From Phaeocystidibacter sp. (GTDB lineage Bacteria > Bacteroidota > Bacteroidia > Flavobacteriales > Schleiferiaceae): a DNA stretch of 64,000 nt. Positions within the stretch are counted from its first letter, which is position 1; every line of letters starts with the position of its first letter. Made by a program: the position numbers and the translations under genes. A model generated the notes under the pieces. That model saw only the letters and a program-made list of their open reading frames with translations. It had not been told where the DNA came from and did no database searches. Location of the stretch: positions 1,474 to 65,473 of the forward strand of contig CBFHVA010000015.1 of NCBI GenBank assembly GCA_965659415.1. Direction: 5' to 3'. Of the stretch, positions 23,066 to 33,737 are shown in pieces.

Positions 23066-23890
23066 TTATTTCTTACGTCTTTCGATGATGTAACGGTTTG
23101 ACGCCTTCTTGGGCGCACGGGTCTTATAACCCTTAGCTGGAACACCGGTGCGTGAACGTGGGTGTCCACCACTCGCACGTCCTTCACCACCACCCATCGG
23201 GTGATCGATCGGGTTCATAGCCACACCACGTGTACGTGGACGACGGCCTTTCCAACGGTTACGACCAGCCTTACCGCTAACTACTTGCTGATTGTCGCTG
23301 TTACTCACAACGCCTACAGTAGCCATACAAGTAACCAATACCATACGTGTTTCACCACTTGGCATCTTCAAGATGGCGTACTTACCATCACGTGCCAAAA
23401 GCTGAGCGAAACTACCCGCAGAACGAGCAATGGCAGCTCCTTGACCCGGACGCAATTCAATACAGCTAACAACTGTACCCAATGGCATGTCCGACAATGG
23501 CATAGCGTTTCCAACTTCAGGAGCAATCTTAGAACCACTCAATACAGTCTGTCCTACTTGAAGACCATTCTGAGCAATCACATAGCGCTTCTCTCCATCA
23601 GGATAAACCACTAGAGCGATGAATGCAGTACGGTTTGGATCATATTCGATGCTGCTAACCGTTCCTGGAATGTTCATCTTATCGCGCTTGAAGTCGATAA
23701 CACGATACTTCTTCTTGTGACCACCACCGATATAGCGCATGGTCATCTTACCCGTGTTGTTACGTCCACCTGAGCGCTTCTTGCCTTTCAACAATGCCTT
23801 CTCTGGAGTAGAGGACGTTACCGCCGAAAATTCATTGACCACGCGAAAGCGTTGTCCTGGCGATGTCGGTTTTAATTTTCTTACACCCAT
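23066..23890 (-). CDS. rplB: 50S ribosomal protein L2
   Basis: KPTSPGQRF and [14 protein letters not shown]. Confidence 0.97.
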   Translation of the reverse strand: MGVRKLKPTSPGQRFRVVNEFSAVTSSTPEKALLKGKKRSGGRNNTGKMTMRYIGGGHKKKYRVIDFKRDKMNIPGTVSSIEYDPNRTAFIALVVYPDGEKRYVIAQNGLQVGQTVLSGSKIAPEVGNAMPLSDMPLGTVVSCIELRPGQGAAIARSAGSFAQLLARDGKYAILKMPSGETRMVLVTCMATVGVVSNSDNQQVVSGKAGRNRWKGRRPRTRGVAMNPIDHPMGGGEGRASGGHPRSRTGVPAKGYKTRAPKKASNRYIIERRKK

Positions 23891-23895
23891 GGCTA

Positions 23896-24192
23896 TTAAA
23901 TATTGCTGTAGATGTCAATCATTTCTCCTTCAGCGACGTCTACGATCGCTTTCTTGTATGCAGATTTAGCACCTTCAATCATGCCGCCTTTTGTATAACG
24001 ACTCATCTTACGTGCTGGAACCACCTGCGTACGAACAGCCTCTACGTTTACGCCGTAGAACGCTTCTACCGCCTTCTTAATCTCCACCTTGTTGGAGTCA
24101 CGACGCACAACGAAAGAGTAGCGATTGCGCTCTTCCTGGTCGGCCGTGGCCTTTTCTGTGATGATCGGACGGATCAAGATATTCTCCATCAC
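23896..24192 (-). CDS. rplW: 50S ribosomal protein L23
   Basis: [18 protein letters not shown] and KKAIV. Confidence 0.95.
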   Translation of the reverse strand: MMENILIRPIITEKATADQEERNRYSFVVRRDSNKVEIKKAVEAFYGVNVEAVRTQVVPARKMSRYTKGGMIEGAKSAYKKAIVDVAEGEMIDIYSNI

Positions 24193-24821
24193 TTTTGGCT
24201 TAATACGTTCTCAATTCTTTCAATCGAACCTTCTGTTAGTATAAGCGTTCCAGCATTCATAATCTGGTAAGTGCTTAATTCAGAGGCTGTTACAACTTTC
24301 GACCCCTCAAAATTTCGGGATGACAAATATACGTTTTTATTTGTGTCAGCAACGACTACCACGCTTTTTTTGTCATTCAAGCCCAAAGACTTGAGGATTT
24401 CCGCGTACTGCTTGGTTTTAGGCGCTTCGAAATTGATGTCTTCAAGGACAATCAATTTGTCGTCTTTCGCCATCATGCTCAGAGCTGAACGGCGAGCAAG
24501 TTGCTTCACCTTCTTGTTGAGCTTGAAACCATAATCGCGTGGTTCTGGACCGAAAGCCGTTCCACCTCCGCGGTGCAATGGACCTTTCAAAGAACCATAA
24601 CGCGCTCCACCCGTACCTTTCTGACGGTGGTGCTTCTTAGTCGTACGAGATACTTCCGCACGAGCCTTCACTTTGTGAGTACCCTGACGCTGGTTAGCGA
24701 GGTACTGCTTGACATCCAAATAAATGGCGTGCTCGTTTGGTTCGATAGCGAAAACGCCATCGTTGAGCTTCACCTTACGTCCGGAGTCTTTTCCTGTGGT
24801 ATTAATGACCGTACGTTCCAT
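24189..24821 (-). CDS. rplD: 50S ribosomal protein L4
   Basis: RQGTHKVKARAEVSRTTKKHHRQKGTGGAR. Confidence 0.96.
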   Translation of the reverse strand: MERTVINTTGKDSGRKVKLNDGVFAIEPNEHAIYLDVKQYLANQRQGTHKVKARAEVSRTTKKHHRQKGTGGARYGSLKGPLHRGGGTAFGPEPRDYGFKLNKKVKQLARRSALSMMAKDDKLIVLEDINFEAPKTKQYAEILKSLGLNDKKSVVVVADTNKNVYLSSRNFEGSKVVTASELSTYQIMNAGTLILTEGSIERIENVLSQK

Positions 24822-25435
24822 TACTTCTCTACGATTACTAGTGAGTTTTTCGCTCCCGGCACTGAACCCTTCACTACGAGAAGGTTCTTCTCAGCGTCGA
24901 CCTTCAATACCTGAAGGTTTTGAATCTTGGTGCGATCACCGCCCATGCGACCCGCCATTCGCATACCTTTAAATACGCGTGATGGATCTGAACCCGCACC
25001 AATTGATCCTGGTGCACGTAGACGGTTGTGCTGACCGTGAGTAGCCTGTCCAACACCCGCGAAACCGTGGCGCTTTACAGGACCCTGGAAGCCTTTACCC
25101 TTTGATGTACCAACTACATCAATGAATTCACCTTCCTGAAAGAGTTCAACATTCAAAGTGTCACCTAGCTTTAACTCTTCCCTGTCGAAGTCGCGGAATT
25201 CCACATACTTCTTCTTGGCGTCTGTTCCAGCTTTCTTGGCATGGCCGGAGGCAGGTTGTGAAGGATTCTTTACGTCTCCCCATCCAATCTGCACGGCGCT
25301 GTAACCATCGACATCTTCAGTTTTCACTTGAGTAACCACGCATGGTCCGAGCTCAAGTACCGTACAAGGCAAGTTCTTACCTTCAGGGCTGAAGATGCTG
25401 GTCATTCCGATTTTTTTACCAATCAATCCAGGCAT
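24821..25435 (-). CDS. rplC: 50S ribosomal protein L3
   Basis: [12 protein letters not shown] start and [13 protein letters not shown]. Confidence 0.97.
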   Translation of the reverse strand: MPGLIGKKIGMTSIFSPEGKNLPCTVLELGPCVVTQVKTEDVDGYSAVQIGWGDVKNPSQPASGHAKKAGTDAKKKYVEFRDFDREELKLGDTLNVELFQEGEFIDVVGTSKGKGFQGPVKRHGFAGVGQATHGQHNRLRAPGSIGAGSDPSRVFKGMRMAGRMGGDRTKIQNLQVLKVDAEKNLLVVKGSVPGAKNSLVIVEK

Positions 25436-25458
25436 CTGTTCTATTGATTAAGACTCTG

Positions 25459-25764
25459 TTATACTTTAATTTCTACCTCAACCCCACTCGGCAACTCCAA
25501 CTTCATCAAAGCATCAATGGTCTTTGAAGAAGAGCTGTAGATGTCGAGCAAACGCTTGTAAGAGCTAAGCTCAAACTGCTCACGGGCTTTCTTGTTTACG
25601 TGTGGTGAGCGGAGCACAGTAAAAATGCGCTTGTTCGTTGGCAATGGAATAGGACCATTAACCACAGCACCTGTACTCTTCACGGTCTTAACGATCTTCT
25701 CTGCAGACTTGTCTACCAAGTTGTGGTCGTAAGACTTTAGTTTGATTCTGATCTTCTGGCTCAT
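25459..25764 (-). CDS. rpsJ: 30S ribosomal protein S10
   Basis: Start trimmed to [14 protein letters not shown], because the ORF-track start at 25806 overlaps fusA. Confidence 0.95.
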   Translation of the reverse strand: MSQKIRIKLKSYDHNLVDKSAEKIVKTVKSTGAVVNGPIPLPTNKRIFTVLRSPHVNKKAREQFELSSYKRLLDIYSSSSKTIDALMKLELPSGVEVEIKV

Positions 25765-25777
25765 GCTATGAACTCTA

Positions 25778-27880
25778 TTATTCTTTTCTTCCTTTAACTT
25801 CCGCAATCACCTCGTCGGCAATGTTTCTCGGTGTTTCCGCATAGTGCGAGAACTCCATAGTTGATGTTGCACGACCAGATGTAATGGTACGTAAGTCGGT
25901 TACATATCCGAACATTTCAGACAATGGAACCTTGGCCTTGATTACCTGAGAACCATTGCGGCTGTCCATACCTTCAACTTGACCGCGACGCTTGTTCAAG
26001 TCACCTACAACGTCACCCATGTTCTCCTCTGGAGTCAATACCTCAAGCTTCATGATCGGCTCGAGTAGCACTGGACTTGCCTTTGGAAGAGCTTCTTTGT
26101 AAGCCATCTTCGCAGCCAATTCAAATGACAATTGGTCAGAATCCACAGGGTGGAATGAACCGTCCTTCAATGTCACTTTCAAACTATCTACAGGGAAGCC
26201 TGCGAGAACACCGTTCCCCATTGCATCCTTGAATCCTTTTTCTACTGATGGAATGAATTCCTTAGGAACGTTACCACCTTTCACTTCGTTTTCGAAGATC
26301 AATCCTGGCTTCTCTTCATCGCCCGGCTCTACCGTTACAATGATATCGGCAAACTTACCACGACCACCTGTCTGCTTCTTATACACCTCGCGATGCTGAA
26401 CCTGACCAGTGATTGATTCCTTGTAAGATACCTGAGGAGCACCTTGATTAACTTCTACTTTGAACTCACGCTTCAAACGATCCATGATAATGTCCAAGTG
26501 AAGCTCACCCATACCGCTGATTACAGTTTGACCTGAATCTTCGTCAGTGCGCACCTGGAACGTTGGATCCTCTTCAGACAATTTACCCAAAGCGATACCC
26601 AACTTATCTACGTCGGCCTTCGACTTAGGCTCAATAGCCAATCCGATAACCGGATCAGGGAAGTTCATCGATTCAAGAACAATTGGGCTCTTTTCAGCAC
26701 AAAGCGTGTCGCCCGTCTTGATATCCTTAAATCCAACCAATGCAGCGATGTCACCAGCACCCAAAACGTCAATTTGATTCTGCTTGTTAGCGTGCATTTG
26801 GAAAATACGCGAAATACGCTCTTTCTTACCCGTGCGTGTGTTCAATACATATGAACCCGAATCTAGTGTACCCGAGTAAGCACGAGTAAAGCAAAGACGA
26901 CCTACGAATGGATCGGTTGCAATTTTGAAGGCCAATGCCGCAAACGGCTCGTCGTACGAAGGACGACGTGACTCTTCTCCTTCTGAATCAGGGTTAGTTC
27001 CTGTGATCGCCTCAACATCTACTGGAGAAGGAAGAATTTCCATCACCATGTCTAGCATCGCCTGAACCCCTTTGTTCTTAAATGCAGAACCACACATCAT
27101 AGGAACTACCTTACCAGCGATAGTAGCTTCACGCAAGGCGTCCAAGATTTCGCGTTCTGTCAATGAAGCAGGATCCTCAAAGTACTTCTCCATAAGCGTA
27201 TCGTCGAATTCCGCAACGGCCTCCAACAATTTCTCACGGTACTCCTCAGCTTCCTCCATCAAGTCAGCAGGAATTTCAACTTCCTCGAAAGTCATTCCCA
27301 TGTCCGCCTCATTCCAAACGATTCCACGGAAGTTAATCAAGTCGATTACTCCTTTGAAATCAGCCTCAGCACCAATTGGCAACTGAAGTGGAAGTGCGTG
27401 GCTACCCAACATTTCCTTCACCTGACGAGTCACGTTCAAGAAATCGGCACCTTGACGGTCCATTTTATTCACGAAACCAATACGTGGTACGTTATAGTTG
27501 TTTGCTAGTCTCCAGTTCGTTTCCGACTGTGGCTCAACGCCGTCCACAGCACTGAACAAGAATACCAAACCATCCAACACACGAAGTGAACGGTTAACCT
27601 CAACAGTAAAGTCAACGTGTCCCGGTGTGTCGATGATGTTTACGTGGTAATCGTTACCACGGTAAGGCCAGTTCAAGGTAGTAGCGGCAGAAGTAATAGT
27701 AATACCACGCTCCTGCTCTTGCTCCATCCAGTCCATGGTTGCAGCACCATCGTGAACTTCACCAATCTTGTGACTCACACCACCGTAATAAAGAATACGC
27801 TCTGTGGTTGTAGTCTTACCGGCATCAATGTGAGCAGCGATACCGATGTTTCTTGTAAACTTAAGATCTCTCTTTGCCAT
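25778..27880 (-). CDS. fusA: elongation factor G
   Basis: 700 aa. [25 protein letters not shown] and NKMD GTPase motifs. Confidence 0.98.
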   Translation of the reverse strand: MAKRDLKFTRNIGIAAHIDAGKTTTTERILYYGGVSHKIGEVHDGAATMDWMEQEQERGITITSAATTLNWPYRGNDYHVNIIDTPGHVDFTVEVNRSLRVLDGLVFLFSAVDGVEPQSETNWRLANNYNVPRIGFVNKMDRQGADFLNVTRQVKEMLGSHALPLQLPIGAEADFKGVIDLINFRGIVWNEADMGMTFEEVEIPADLMEEAEEYREKLLEAVAEFDDTLMEKYFEDPASLTEREILDALREATIAGKVVPMMCGSAFKNKGVQAMLDMVMEILPSPVDVEAITGTNPDSEGEESRRPSYDEPFAALAFKIATDPFVGRLCFTRAYSGTLDSGSYVLNTRTGKKERISRIFQMHANKQNQIDVLGAGDIAALVGFKDIKTGDTLCAEKSPIVLESMNFPDPVIGLAIEPKSKADVDKLGIALGKLSEEDPTFQVRTDEDSGQTVISGMGELHLDIIMDRLKREFKVEVNQGAPQVSYKESITGQVQHREVYKKQTGGRGKFADIIVTVEPGDEEKPGLIFENEVKGGNVPKEFIPSVEKGFKDAMGNGVLAGFPVDSLKVTLKDGSFHPVDSDQLSFELAAKMAYKEALPKASPVLLEPIMKLEVLTPEENMGDVVGDLNKRRGQVEGMDSRNGSQVIKAKVPLSEMFGYVTDLRTITSGRATSTMEFSHYAETPRNIADEVIAEVKGRKE

Positions 27881-27903
27881 GATTATTCCTAATACAGATA
27901 TTA

Positions 27904-28374
27904 TTAGAATCTAAAGTGTGAGAATGCCTTGTTGGCTTCTGCCATTCTGTGTGTATCCACACGCTTCTTCACAGCAGCACCTTCTTCCTTAGAAGCAGCG
28001 ATGATTTCATTCGCTAGGCGGAGTGCCATTGATTTCTCGTTACGAGAACGAGCGTATTGGATCAACCACTTCATCGCCATGGAGATCTTACGCTCCGGAC
28101 GAATCTGCATTGGAATTTGGAAAGTAGAACCACCTACACGGCGGCTGCGTACTTCTACGTGCGGCATTACATTCGTCAATGCTTCCTTCCAGACCTCTAA
28201 GCCGTTTCCACTTTCGGTCTTCTCTGCTACGATATCCATGGCATCGTAGAAGATACTGAAGGCAACACTTTTCTTGCCGTCGTACATCAAGTTGTTAACA
28301 AAACGAGTTACCAACGGATCGTTGAACTTCGGATCCGGGAGAAGAATTCTCTTCTTAGCTCTGGTCTTTCTCAT
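27904..28374 (-). CDS. rpsG: 30S ribosomal protein S7
   Basis: MRKTRAKKR start and [13 protein letters not shown] end. Confidence 0.97.
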   Translation of the reverse strand: MRKTRAKKRILLPDPKFNDPLVTRFVNNLMYDGKKSVAFSIFYDAMDIVAEKTESGNGLEVWKEALTNVMPHVEVRSRRVGGSTFQIPMQIRPERKISMAMKWLIQYARSRNEKSMALRLANEIIAASKEEGAAVKKRVDTHRMAEANKAFSHFRF

Positions 28375-28396
28375 GTCGCAATGGAATGATTATGCG

Positions 28397-28777
28397 TTAT
28401 TTTTTCGCCTTAGGGCGCTTAGTTCCATACTTTGAACGACGCTGGTTACGTCCTTCTACACCGGCTGTATCAAGTGCACCGCGAACGATGTGGTAACGAA
28501 CACCTGGTAAGTCCTTAACACGACCACCACGTACCAAAACGATACTGTGTTCCTGGAGGTTGTGACCTTCACCACCGATGTAGGCGTTTACCTCGTTTCC
28601 GTTCGTCAAGCGCACACGGGCTACCTTACGCATCGCCGAATTAGGCTTCTTTGGTGTAGTCGTGTAAACACGAGTACACACACCTCGGCGTTGCGGGGAG
28701 GAATCCAGAGCGGCCGACTTGCTCTTCTTCTCAATTTTCGTTCTGCCTTTGCGAACTAACTGTTGAATTGTTGGCAT
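28397..28777 (-). CDS. rpsL: 30S ribosomal protein S12
   Basis: [12 protein letters not shown] start and [16 protein letters not shown]. Confidence 0.98.
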   Translation of the reverse strand: MPTIQQLVRKGRTKIEKKSKSAALDSSPQRRGVCTRVYTTTPKKPNSAMRKVARVRLTNGNEVNAYIGGEGHNLQEHSIVLVRGGRVKDLPGVRYHIVRGALDTAGVEGRNQRRSKYGTKRPKAKK

Positions 28778-28842
28778 CTGTTATACCTTATTGCGTTGAT
28801 TTTCTTGCAAATACGTAGTATTCCCCTATTTTTTGGGGACTG

Positions 28843-28873
28843 CAAATGTAGAACAAAAAACCTATCCCACAAT
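28843..28873 (-). promoter_or_regulatory. putative promoter of the rpsL-led ribosomal superoperon
   Basis: Minus strand: ATTG (28870-28873), 19-nt spacer, TACATTTG (28843-28850). Fits TTTG-N19-21-TAnnTTTG. The ~60-nt leader contains a CCCC...GGGG hairpin (28823-28838). Confidence 0.45.
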
Positions 28874-29013
28874 GGTTTAGCGTAAAATGTTCAAGAGATT
28901 TAACCCCGGAAGGTGCTTGGCGAGATTGAGGGTTATGTTAGTATGGATTTCACCCCCCAATTCTGCATTGTTTTATACCACTATTATATGGCACCTCAAA
29001 ATGACGACATGAT

Positions 29014-29054
29014 TAAAAAGAGAAACGCGCGGTCCGAATCCTCGAACCAGGCGC
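29014..29054 (-). terminator. rho-independent terminator of the type-A-CTD cargo gene
   Basis: Minus strand: GCGC-CU-GGUUCGA-GGAU-UCGGACC-GCGC, an 11-bp interrupted stem with one G-U pair, followed by GUUUCUCUUUUU. Confidence 0.6.
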
Positions 29055-29087
29055 TTCAAAAGTGTAAAGCTTCGGCTTGCTCAATCG

Positions 29088-30422
29088 TTACTTCACTATG
29101 AGAGATTGCGTGTGCATTTCCCCATCTAAAGTGAACATTTGTATGAAGTAGATGCCAGACACTACCTCAAGGTTTAATCGGTGTTGGTTTGAAGCTGTAT
29201 TCAGTGTTTCTGTCGCAACTACTCGACCATTTACGTCCATTACTTGAATGCTTTCTATTTCGACGTCTGAATCAATAATCACTTCTCCCGTTGATGGATT
29301 TGGATAGATGGTCCATTCCAAAAGCTCTTCGTTCAATCCAATCGTGTTCTTCGACTTCGCCATAAACTGATAATCATAAGCGAACTCTGCACTTTCAAAT
29401 CGGATAACAACCGGGAACTCAGAACCGTCATAATTGGCAGGATTCCAATTGAAACGAACATCAGCAGTAGTACCAGTCTTGTGCACGTCCACTGCCGAGA
29501 ACACCTCATTTGAATCCACGTAAGGTGGATAGTATACGCTCGCTGTAAGGGTAGAATCAGAGGTTGCACTCACCAATAAAGTATCTAGGTTTCCAGATGT
29601 GAACGTATAGGTGCCATTCACCACATTGCTTGGCGGAGTAACGCTTACGAGGTTTCCACTCGGCGGAAGTACTACTGCGAATACGCCGTCCCATGAAACC
29701 ATACCCGTCATTACACCCGTTGAATCGTAGGCGCGCACTTGATAAACAATGCTGTACAAGCCCTGACCATTCGCCGTGTAGGTGAACATACCCGTAAGGC
29801 TATCAAGCGTTGGCTCACCGCCAGGCAAACTTGGAGGTAAGGTGTACCCTGCAATTGGAGTAACCGCATCCGACATTGGTACACTGAGATTGTAGTAAAG
29901 CGAGTCACCATCTAGGTCGTAGGCCGTGGCTGCCATAGTCCAAGGAGTTTGATCTGGCCAAGATGCAGCAGGGAACGTAATGAAGTTCGGTGTTGAATTA
30001 CAACCAGCATTCGTGTTCACAACGGTCCGCAAGTGAATAGCCGGACTATTCGGAATGTTTATAATGCTGGGAGTGCGACAACAATTGTCGAAGCTCATCG
30101 TAACTATTGAATTCGAAGGCAGTGCGGCAGTCCCCGAATAGTAGTGAATCTCCAAGACGCCATTTCCATACGGAATCAATGCTACCCCAACGGATTGAAG
30201 ATTGACGGTTGACCCCGTTGATATGGCTACCAACATACTCTGAGGTGCAGTGATACCCGTAATATCACGCAAGAGAATTCCATCTACTTGGTATTCAATT
30301 GTGGAAGTATTTGGATCATCCGCACAAGTAGCTGTAATGAAGCCTCCCTTAATGTGAGTGGCAGAGAGCGAGGTGCTCATAAACATGGAGAGAATGGTAA
30401 AGGCGAGGAATAATCTTTTCAT
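29088..30422 (-). CDS. T9SS-secreted protein with a type-A C-terminal sorting domain
   Basis: Signal peptide. N-terminal THIKGGFIT, CCRTPSIINIPN and DLDGDSLYYNL motifs shared with the 37540-39474 protein. C-terminal WTIYPNPSTGEV...GIYFIQM...SLIVK matches the Por secretion C-terminal sorting domain (TIGR04183-like). Confidence 0.8.
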   Translation of the reverse strand: MKRLFLAFTILSMFMSTSLSATHIKGGFITATCADDPNTSTIEYQVDGILLRDITGITAPQSMLVAISTGSTVNLQSVGVALIPYGNGVLEIHYYSGTAALPSNSIVTMSFDNCCRTPSIINIPNSPAIHLRTVVNTNAGCNSTPNFITFPAASWPDQTPWTMAATAYDLDGDSLYYNLSVPMSDAVTPIAGYTLPPSLPGGEPTLDSLTGMFTYTANGQGLYSIVYQVRAYDSTGVMTGMVSWDGVFAVVLPPSGNLVSVTPPSNVVNGTYTFTSGNLDTLLVSATSDSTLTASVYYPPYVDSNEVFSAVDVHKTGTTADVRFNWNPANYDGSEFPVVIRFESAEFAYDYQFMAKSKNTIGLNEELLEWTIYPNPSTGEVIIDSDVEIESIQVMDVNGRVVATETLNTASNQHRLNLEVVSGIYFIQMFTLDGEMHTQSLIVK

Positions 30423-30642
30423 GGTCAGATTTCATTTGAATTTCGAAGATAAAAAGCTCAACGCCCTTTATAGAATGTAGCTATCGTAAATGAGTTTGCG
30501 CTAGGTTATGAGAGTTTGCGGCGTAAAATCTCATTAGATACATACTGAACTATGTCACTTTCGCCCCACCTACCTCTCTTGTTGAAGACTTCTATGTATA
30601 ACTTCTTGAAGTGGACGGAGATGCCCTGCGGAATCCCTATTT

Positions 30643-33039
30643 TTGTCATCCTTCACCCAAAAAATTCGGGATAATTTGAGTTCCTATATCGATCAACTGA
30701 ACGACGCACAGAAGCAAGCCGTGTTGGCCACCGAAGGCCCCATGATGGTGATTGCAGGTGCCGGTTCAGGAAAGACCAGAGTGCTGACCTATCGCATCGC
30801 CCACCTCATGGAGAAGGGGGTTGATTCATTCCAGATTTTATCGCTCACCTTCACCAATAAGGCGGCCCGTGAAATGAAGGAACGTATCGCTAAGATCGTA
30901 GGCGAGAGCGAAGCTAAAAATCTTTGGATGGGCACCTTCCACTCGGTATTTGCTCGAATTCTGCGAATCGAAGGTGAACGACTAGGCTATCCCTCCAACT
31001 TTACGATATACGATAGCGAAGATTCTCTGAAGGTGATTACGCAACTCATCAAAGAGCAGAATCTCGACAAAGACATTTATAAGCCGAAGTCGGTACAAGG
31101 CCGCATATCCAGCTACAAGAACAATCTCATCACTCCGAAGGTATACAATAACAGAGCGGACCTGCAAGAATCAGATGCCGCGGCACGTATGCCAATGATG
31201 GGCCAACTGTATACCGCCTACACCGAACGCTGTTTCAGAGCTGGTGCAATGGATTTTGACGATTTACTGCTCAAAACCAATGAATTGCTTCATCGCTTCC
31301 CCGATGTTCTTGCCAAGTATCAGGAACGCTTCAAGTACATCCTGGTAGATGAGTATCAGGATACCAACCACAGCCAGTATCTCATTGTGAAAGCACTCGG
31401 TTCGCGGTACGAAAACGTATGTGTGGTGGGTGATGATGCACAATCCATCTATGCCTTCCGCGGGGCAAACATTCGGAATATCCTCAATTTTCAAAAGGAT
31501 TACCCGGATGCTAAAACGTTCAAACTAGAGCAAAACTATCGGTCCAGCGACAATATCGTTCAAGCAGCCAATAGCATTATCGCGAAGAATAGAGATCAGC
31601 TTCAAAAGAACGTTTGGACACAAAATGCATCTGGCGAAAAGATACTCGTTCACAAGGCGGTAAGTGATTCCGACGAGGGAAACTGGATCGCTTCCAACAT
31701 CTTTGAGAGTCACCAGAACACCCACGAACCTTGGAGTTCCTATTGCATTCTGTATCGCACCAACTCCCAATCTAGGGCATTCGAGGACGCCTTTAGAAAG
31801 CGAAATATCCCCTACCGGATTTACGGTGGATTGAGCTTTTACCAGCGCAAGGAAATCAAAGATCTCCTCGCCTATTTTCGCCTGGCCATCAACCACAATG
31901 ATGAAGAGGCATTCCGCCGCGTAATCAACTATCCTAAAAGAGGTATTGGTGCAACGACTATTGCACGCATTATCAACGTGGCAAACGATCAGGGCAAGAG
32001 TATTTGGGAGATTGCCGAGAACATCTACCTGTATCAGACGGGCATCAACAAGCCTGCTCAGCAAAAGATTCTCGACTTTGTAGAGCAAATCAAAAGCTAC
32101 TCTGTACTGGCACAGAAACACGATGCATTCGATGTTGCCGCCCACGTGGCTAAAACCTCTGGACTGATTAAAACGGTTTCAGACGATAAAACCCCTGAAG
32201 GTATTTCTCGCTATGAAAACATGCAGGAATTGCTGAACGGTATCAAGGACTTCACTGAGCAACAGAAGCAAATTGAAGATGGGAATGCTTCACTTTCTTA
32301 CTTCTTGCAAGATGTGGCCCTCCTAACCGATGTGGATAGCGAAGACCCTGAAGATGTGAACAAGGTGAATTTGATGACCATTCACTTGGCCAAGGGACTT
32401 GAATTTCCGTACGTATATATTGTGGGGATGGAGGAAAACTTATTCCCTTCCATGATGTCCATGAACACTCGCGCTGATTTGGAGGAAGAACGTCGATTGT
32501 TCTACGTAGCTTTGACACGTGCCGAAAAAAGGGCATTTTTGACCTATGCTCACGTCCGTTACCGATGGGGGAAACTCATCGATTGCGAGCCGAGTCGTTT
32601 TATTGAAGAAATCGACGAGCAGTTTTTGGACATCCAAGTCCCTGAGTTTGGTGGATTCTACTCTCCTCCAGACGAAGTCCGGGCGGCCTTTGACCCGCCT
32701 GCCAACAACCGAGTAGTATCAAGAGGTAATGACAATTTTGGAGGAAGACCGAAAGTGACGAAAAAGAGAGAGACAACAAGCGACAAACCGATTGTACCAC
32801 CCAAGAAGCATCAAAAGCTCAAAAGTGTGGCCGACATGCATGAATCTGGTGAAAGCACAGGCGCACCTACCGACTTAACCGCAGGAGCACGAGTAATCCA
32901 TGATCGATTTGGATTGGGCACTGTGAAAGAAATTAGCGGGAGCGGCGCAGATGCCAAGGCCATTATTGAATTTGATAACGCTGGCGAAAAACGTCTCTTA
33001 TTGAAGTTTGCTAAATTGCAGCATGCCCGCAAGAGCTAG
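30643..33039 (+). CDS. uvrD: UvrD/PcrA-family ATP-dependent DNA helicase
   Basis: AGAGSGKT (Walker A), VDEYQDTN, helicase motifs III-VI and a C-terminal Tudor-like VIHDRFGLGTV...LLLKFAKL. The track start is TTG at 30643. An in-frame TTG at 30676 (giving M-SSYIDQLNDAQ) is an alternative, because TATTTTTG at 30638-30645 looks like a -7 box. Confidence 0.9.
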   Translation: MSSFTQKIRDNLSSYIDQLNDAQKQAVLATEGPMMVIAGAGSGKTRVLTYRIAHLMEKGVDSFQILSLTFTNKAAREMKERIAKIVGESEAKNLWMGTFHSVFARILRIEGERLGYPSNFTIYDSEDSLKVITQLIKEQNLDKDIYKPKSVQGRISSYKNNLITPKVYNNRADLQESDAAARMPMMGQLYTAYTERCFRAGAMDFDDLLLKTNELLHRFPDVLAKYQERFKYILVDEYQDTNHSQYLIVKALGSRYENVCVVGDDAQSIYAFRGANIRNILNFQKDYPDAKTFKLEQNYRSSDNIVQAANSIIAKNRDQLQKNVWTQNASGEKILVHKAVSDSDEGNWIASNIFESHQNTHEPWSSYCILYRTNSQSRAFEDAFRKRNIPYRIYGGLSFYQRKEIKDLLAYFRLAINHNDEEAFRRVINYPKRGIGATTIARIINVANDQGKSIWEIAENIYLYQTGINKPAQQKILDFVEQIKSYSVLAQKHDAFDVAAHVAKTSGLIKTVSDDKTPEGISRYENMQELLNGIKDFTEQQKQIEDGNASLSYFLQDVALLTDVDSEDPEDVNKVNLMTIHLAKGLEFPYVYIVGMEENLFPSMMSMNTRADLEEERRLFYVALTRAEKRAFLTYAHVRYRWGKLIDCEPSRFIEEIDEQFLDIQVPEFGGFYSPPDEVRAAFDPPANNRVVSRGNDNFGGRPKVTKKRETTSDKPIVPPKKHQKLKSVADMHESGESTGAPTDLTAGARVIHDRFGLGTVKEISGSGADAKAIIEFDNAGEKRLLLKFAKLQHARKS

Positions 33040-33067
33040 ACTTCAGGAAGAACTCTACATTTAGAAC

Positions 33068-33715
33068 ATGACGAAAGATTTAAGCCACATTCCCGATGTG
33101 GAATACAACACGGATCGACCTGATTTAGCGATTCCAGAATATGGCCGGAATGTCCACAGAATGGTGGAGCATTGCATGACCATTGAGAACCGCGAGAAGC
33201 GCAATGCCGTGGCACAGTCGATTATCGACGTAATCGGCAACCTCAATCCGCATTTACGAGACACACCCGACTTCAAGCACAAACTTTGGGATCACCTCTT
33301 TATTATGAGTGATTTCAAATTGGACGTAGATAGCCCCTATCCCATTCCTACTGCAGAGACGTTTTCAGGTTTGCCAGAGCAGTTGGACTATCCCGCTCGC
33401 ACCTATAAGCTCCGCCACTACGGACACCTTGTACGCGAAATGCTGAAAGAAGCCGTAACCATGGAAGAGGGAGAGACGAAGCAAGAACTCATTCGTCAAA
33501 TCGGTAACCAAATGAAGCGAAGCTATCTCACTTGGAACAAGGATTCCGTGGATGATAGCGTCATTTTGAAGGAGCTATCGCTTCTCGCTGAAGGCCAGTT
33601 GAACACCGAAGGTATTGAACTTTCAAACGAATTGGTTCTTCCGAGTAATACCACCGCAAAGGCGAAATCCAACAACAGAAATAAGCGAAAGAATACCCGT
33701 AAACGCAAAAAATAA
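33068..33715 (+). CDS. DUF4290 domain-containing protein
   Basis: YNTDRPDLAIPEYGRNVHRMVEHC...EKRN is the DUF4290 signature as I recall it. The position just upstream of murA is conserved. Lys/Arg tail. Confidence 0.75.
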   Translation: MTKDLSHIPDVEYNTDRPDLAIPEYGRNVHRMVEHCMTIENREKRNAVAQSIIDVIGNLNPHLRDTPDFKHKLWDHLFIMSDFKLDVDSPYPIPTAETFSGLPEQLDYPARTYKLRHYGHLVREMLKEAVTMEEGETKQELIRQIGNQMKRSYLTWNKDSVDDSVILKELSLLAEGQLNTEGIELSNELVLPSNTTAKAKSNNRNKRKNTRKRKK

Positions 33716-33737
33716 CATCCCAAAGACCACATCATCC

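Noticed and set aside
25764-25778. Absence of tuf between fusA and rpsJ
   Set aside because: In Bacteroidota tuf normally sits in a separate tRNA-tuf-secE-nusG cluster. The fusA-rpsJ junction seen here is the expected arrangement, not a deletion.
28913-29101. 62-aa plus-strand ORF between rpsL and the type-A cargo gene
   Set aside because: It overlaps the cargo gene's terminator hairpin and stop codon. It has no family resemblance and lies in a promoter/terminator gap.
31525-32145. Long antisense ORFs inside well-supported genes: 31525-32145 in the helicase, 49887-50498 in mrdA, 54919-55458 in ppiD, 10969-11469 in carA and 23162-23614 in rplB
   Set aside because: Each lies fully inside, and antisense to, a gene with clear family motifs. 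Their translations are compositionally odd (Ser/Thr/His/Cys-rich or hydrophobic nonsense). These are typical shadow ORFs.
33615-33737. 5' extensions of track ORFs: murA from 33615, grpE from 35657, purH from 45801, cargo from 39510, rplX from 20342, rpsJ from 25806 and rpmC from 21175
   Set aside because: The extensions overlap upstream genes or terminator and promoter elements, and they lack family similarity. Conserved N-termini begin at the internal ATGs used in the feature table.
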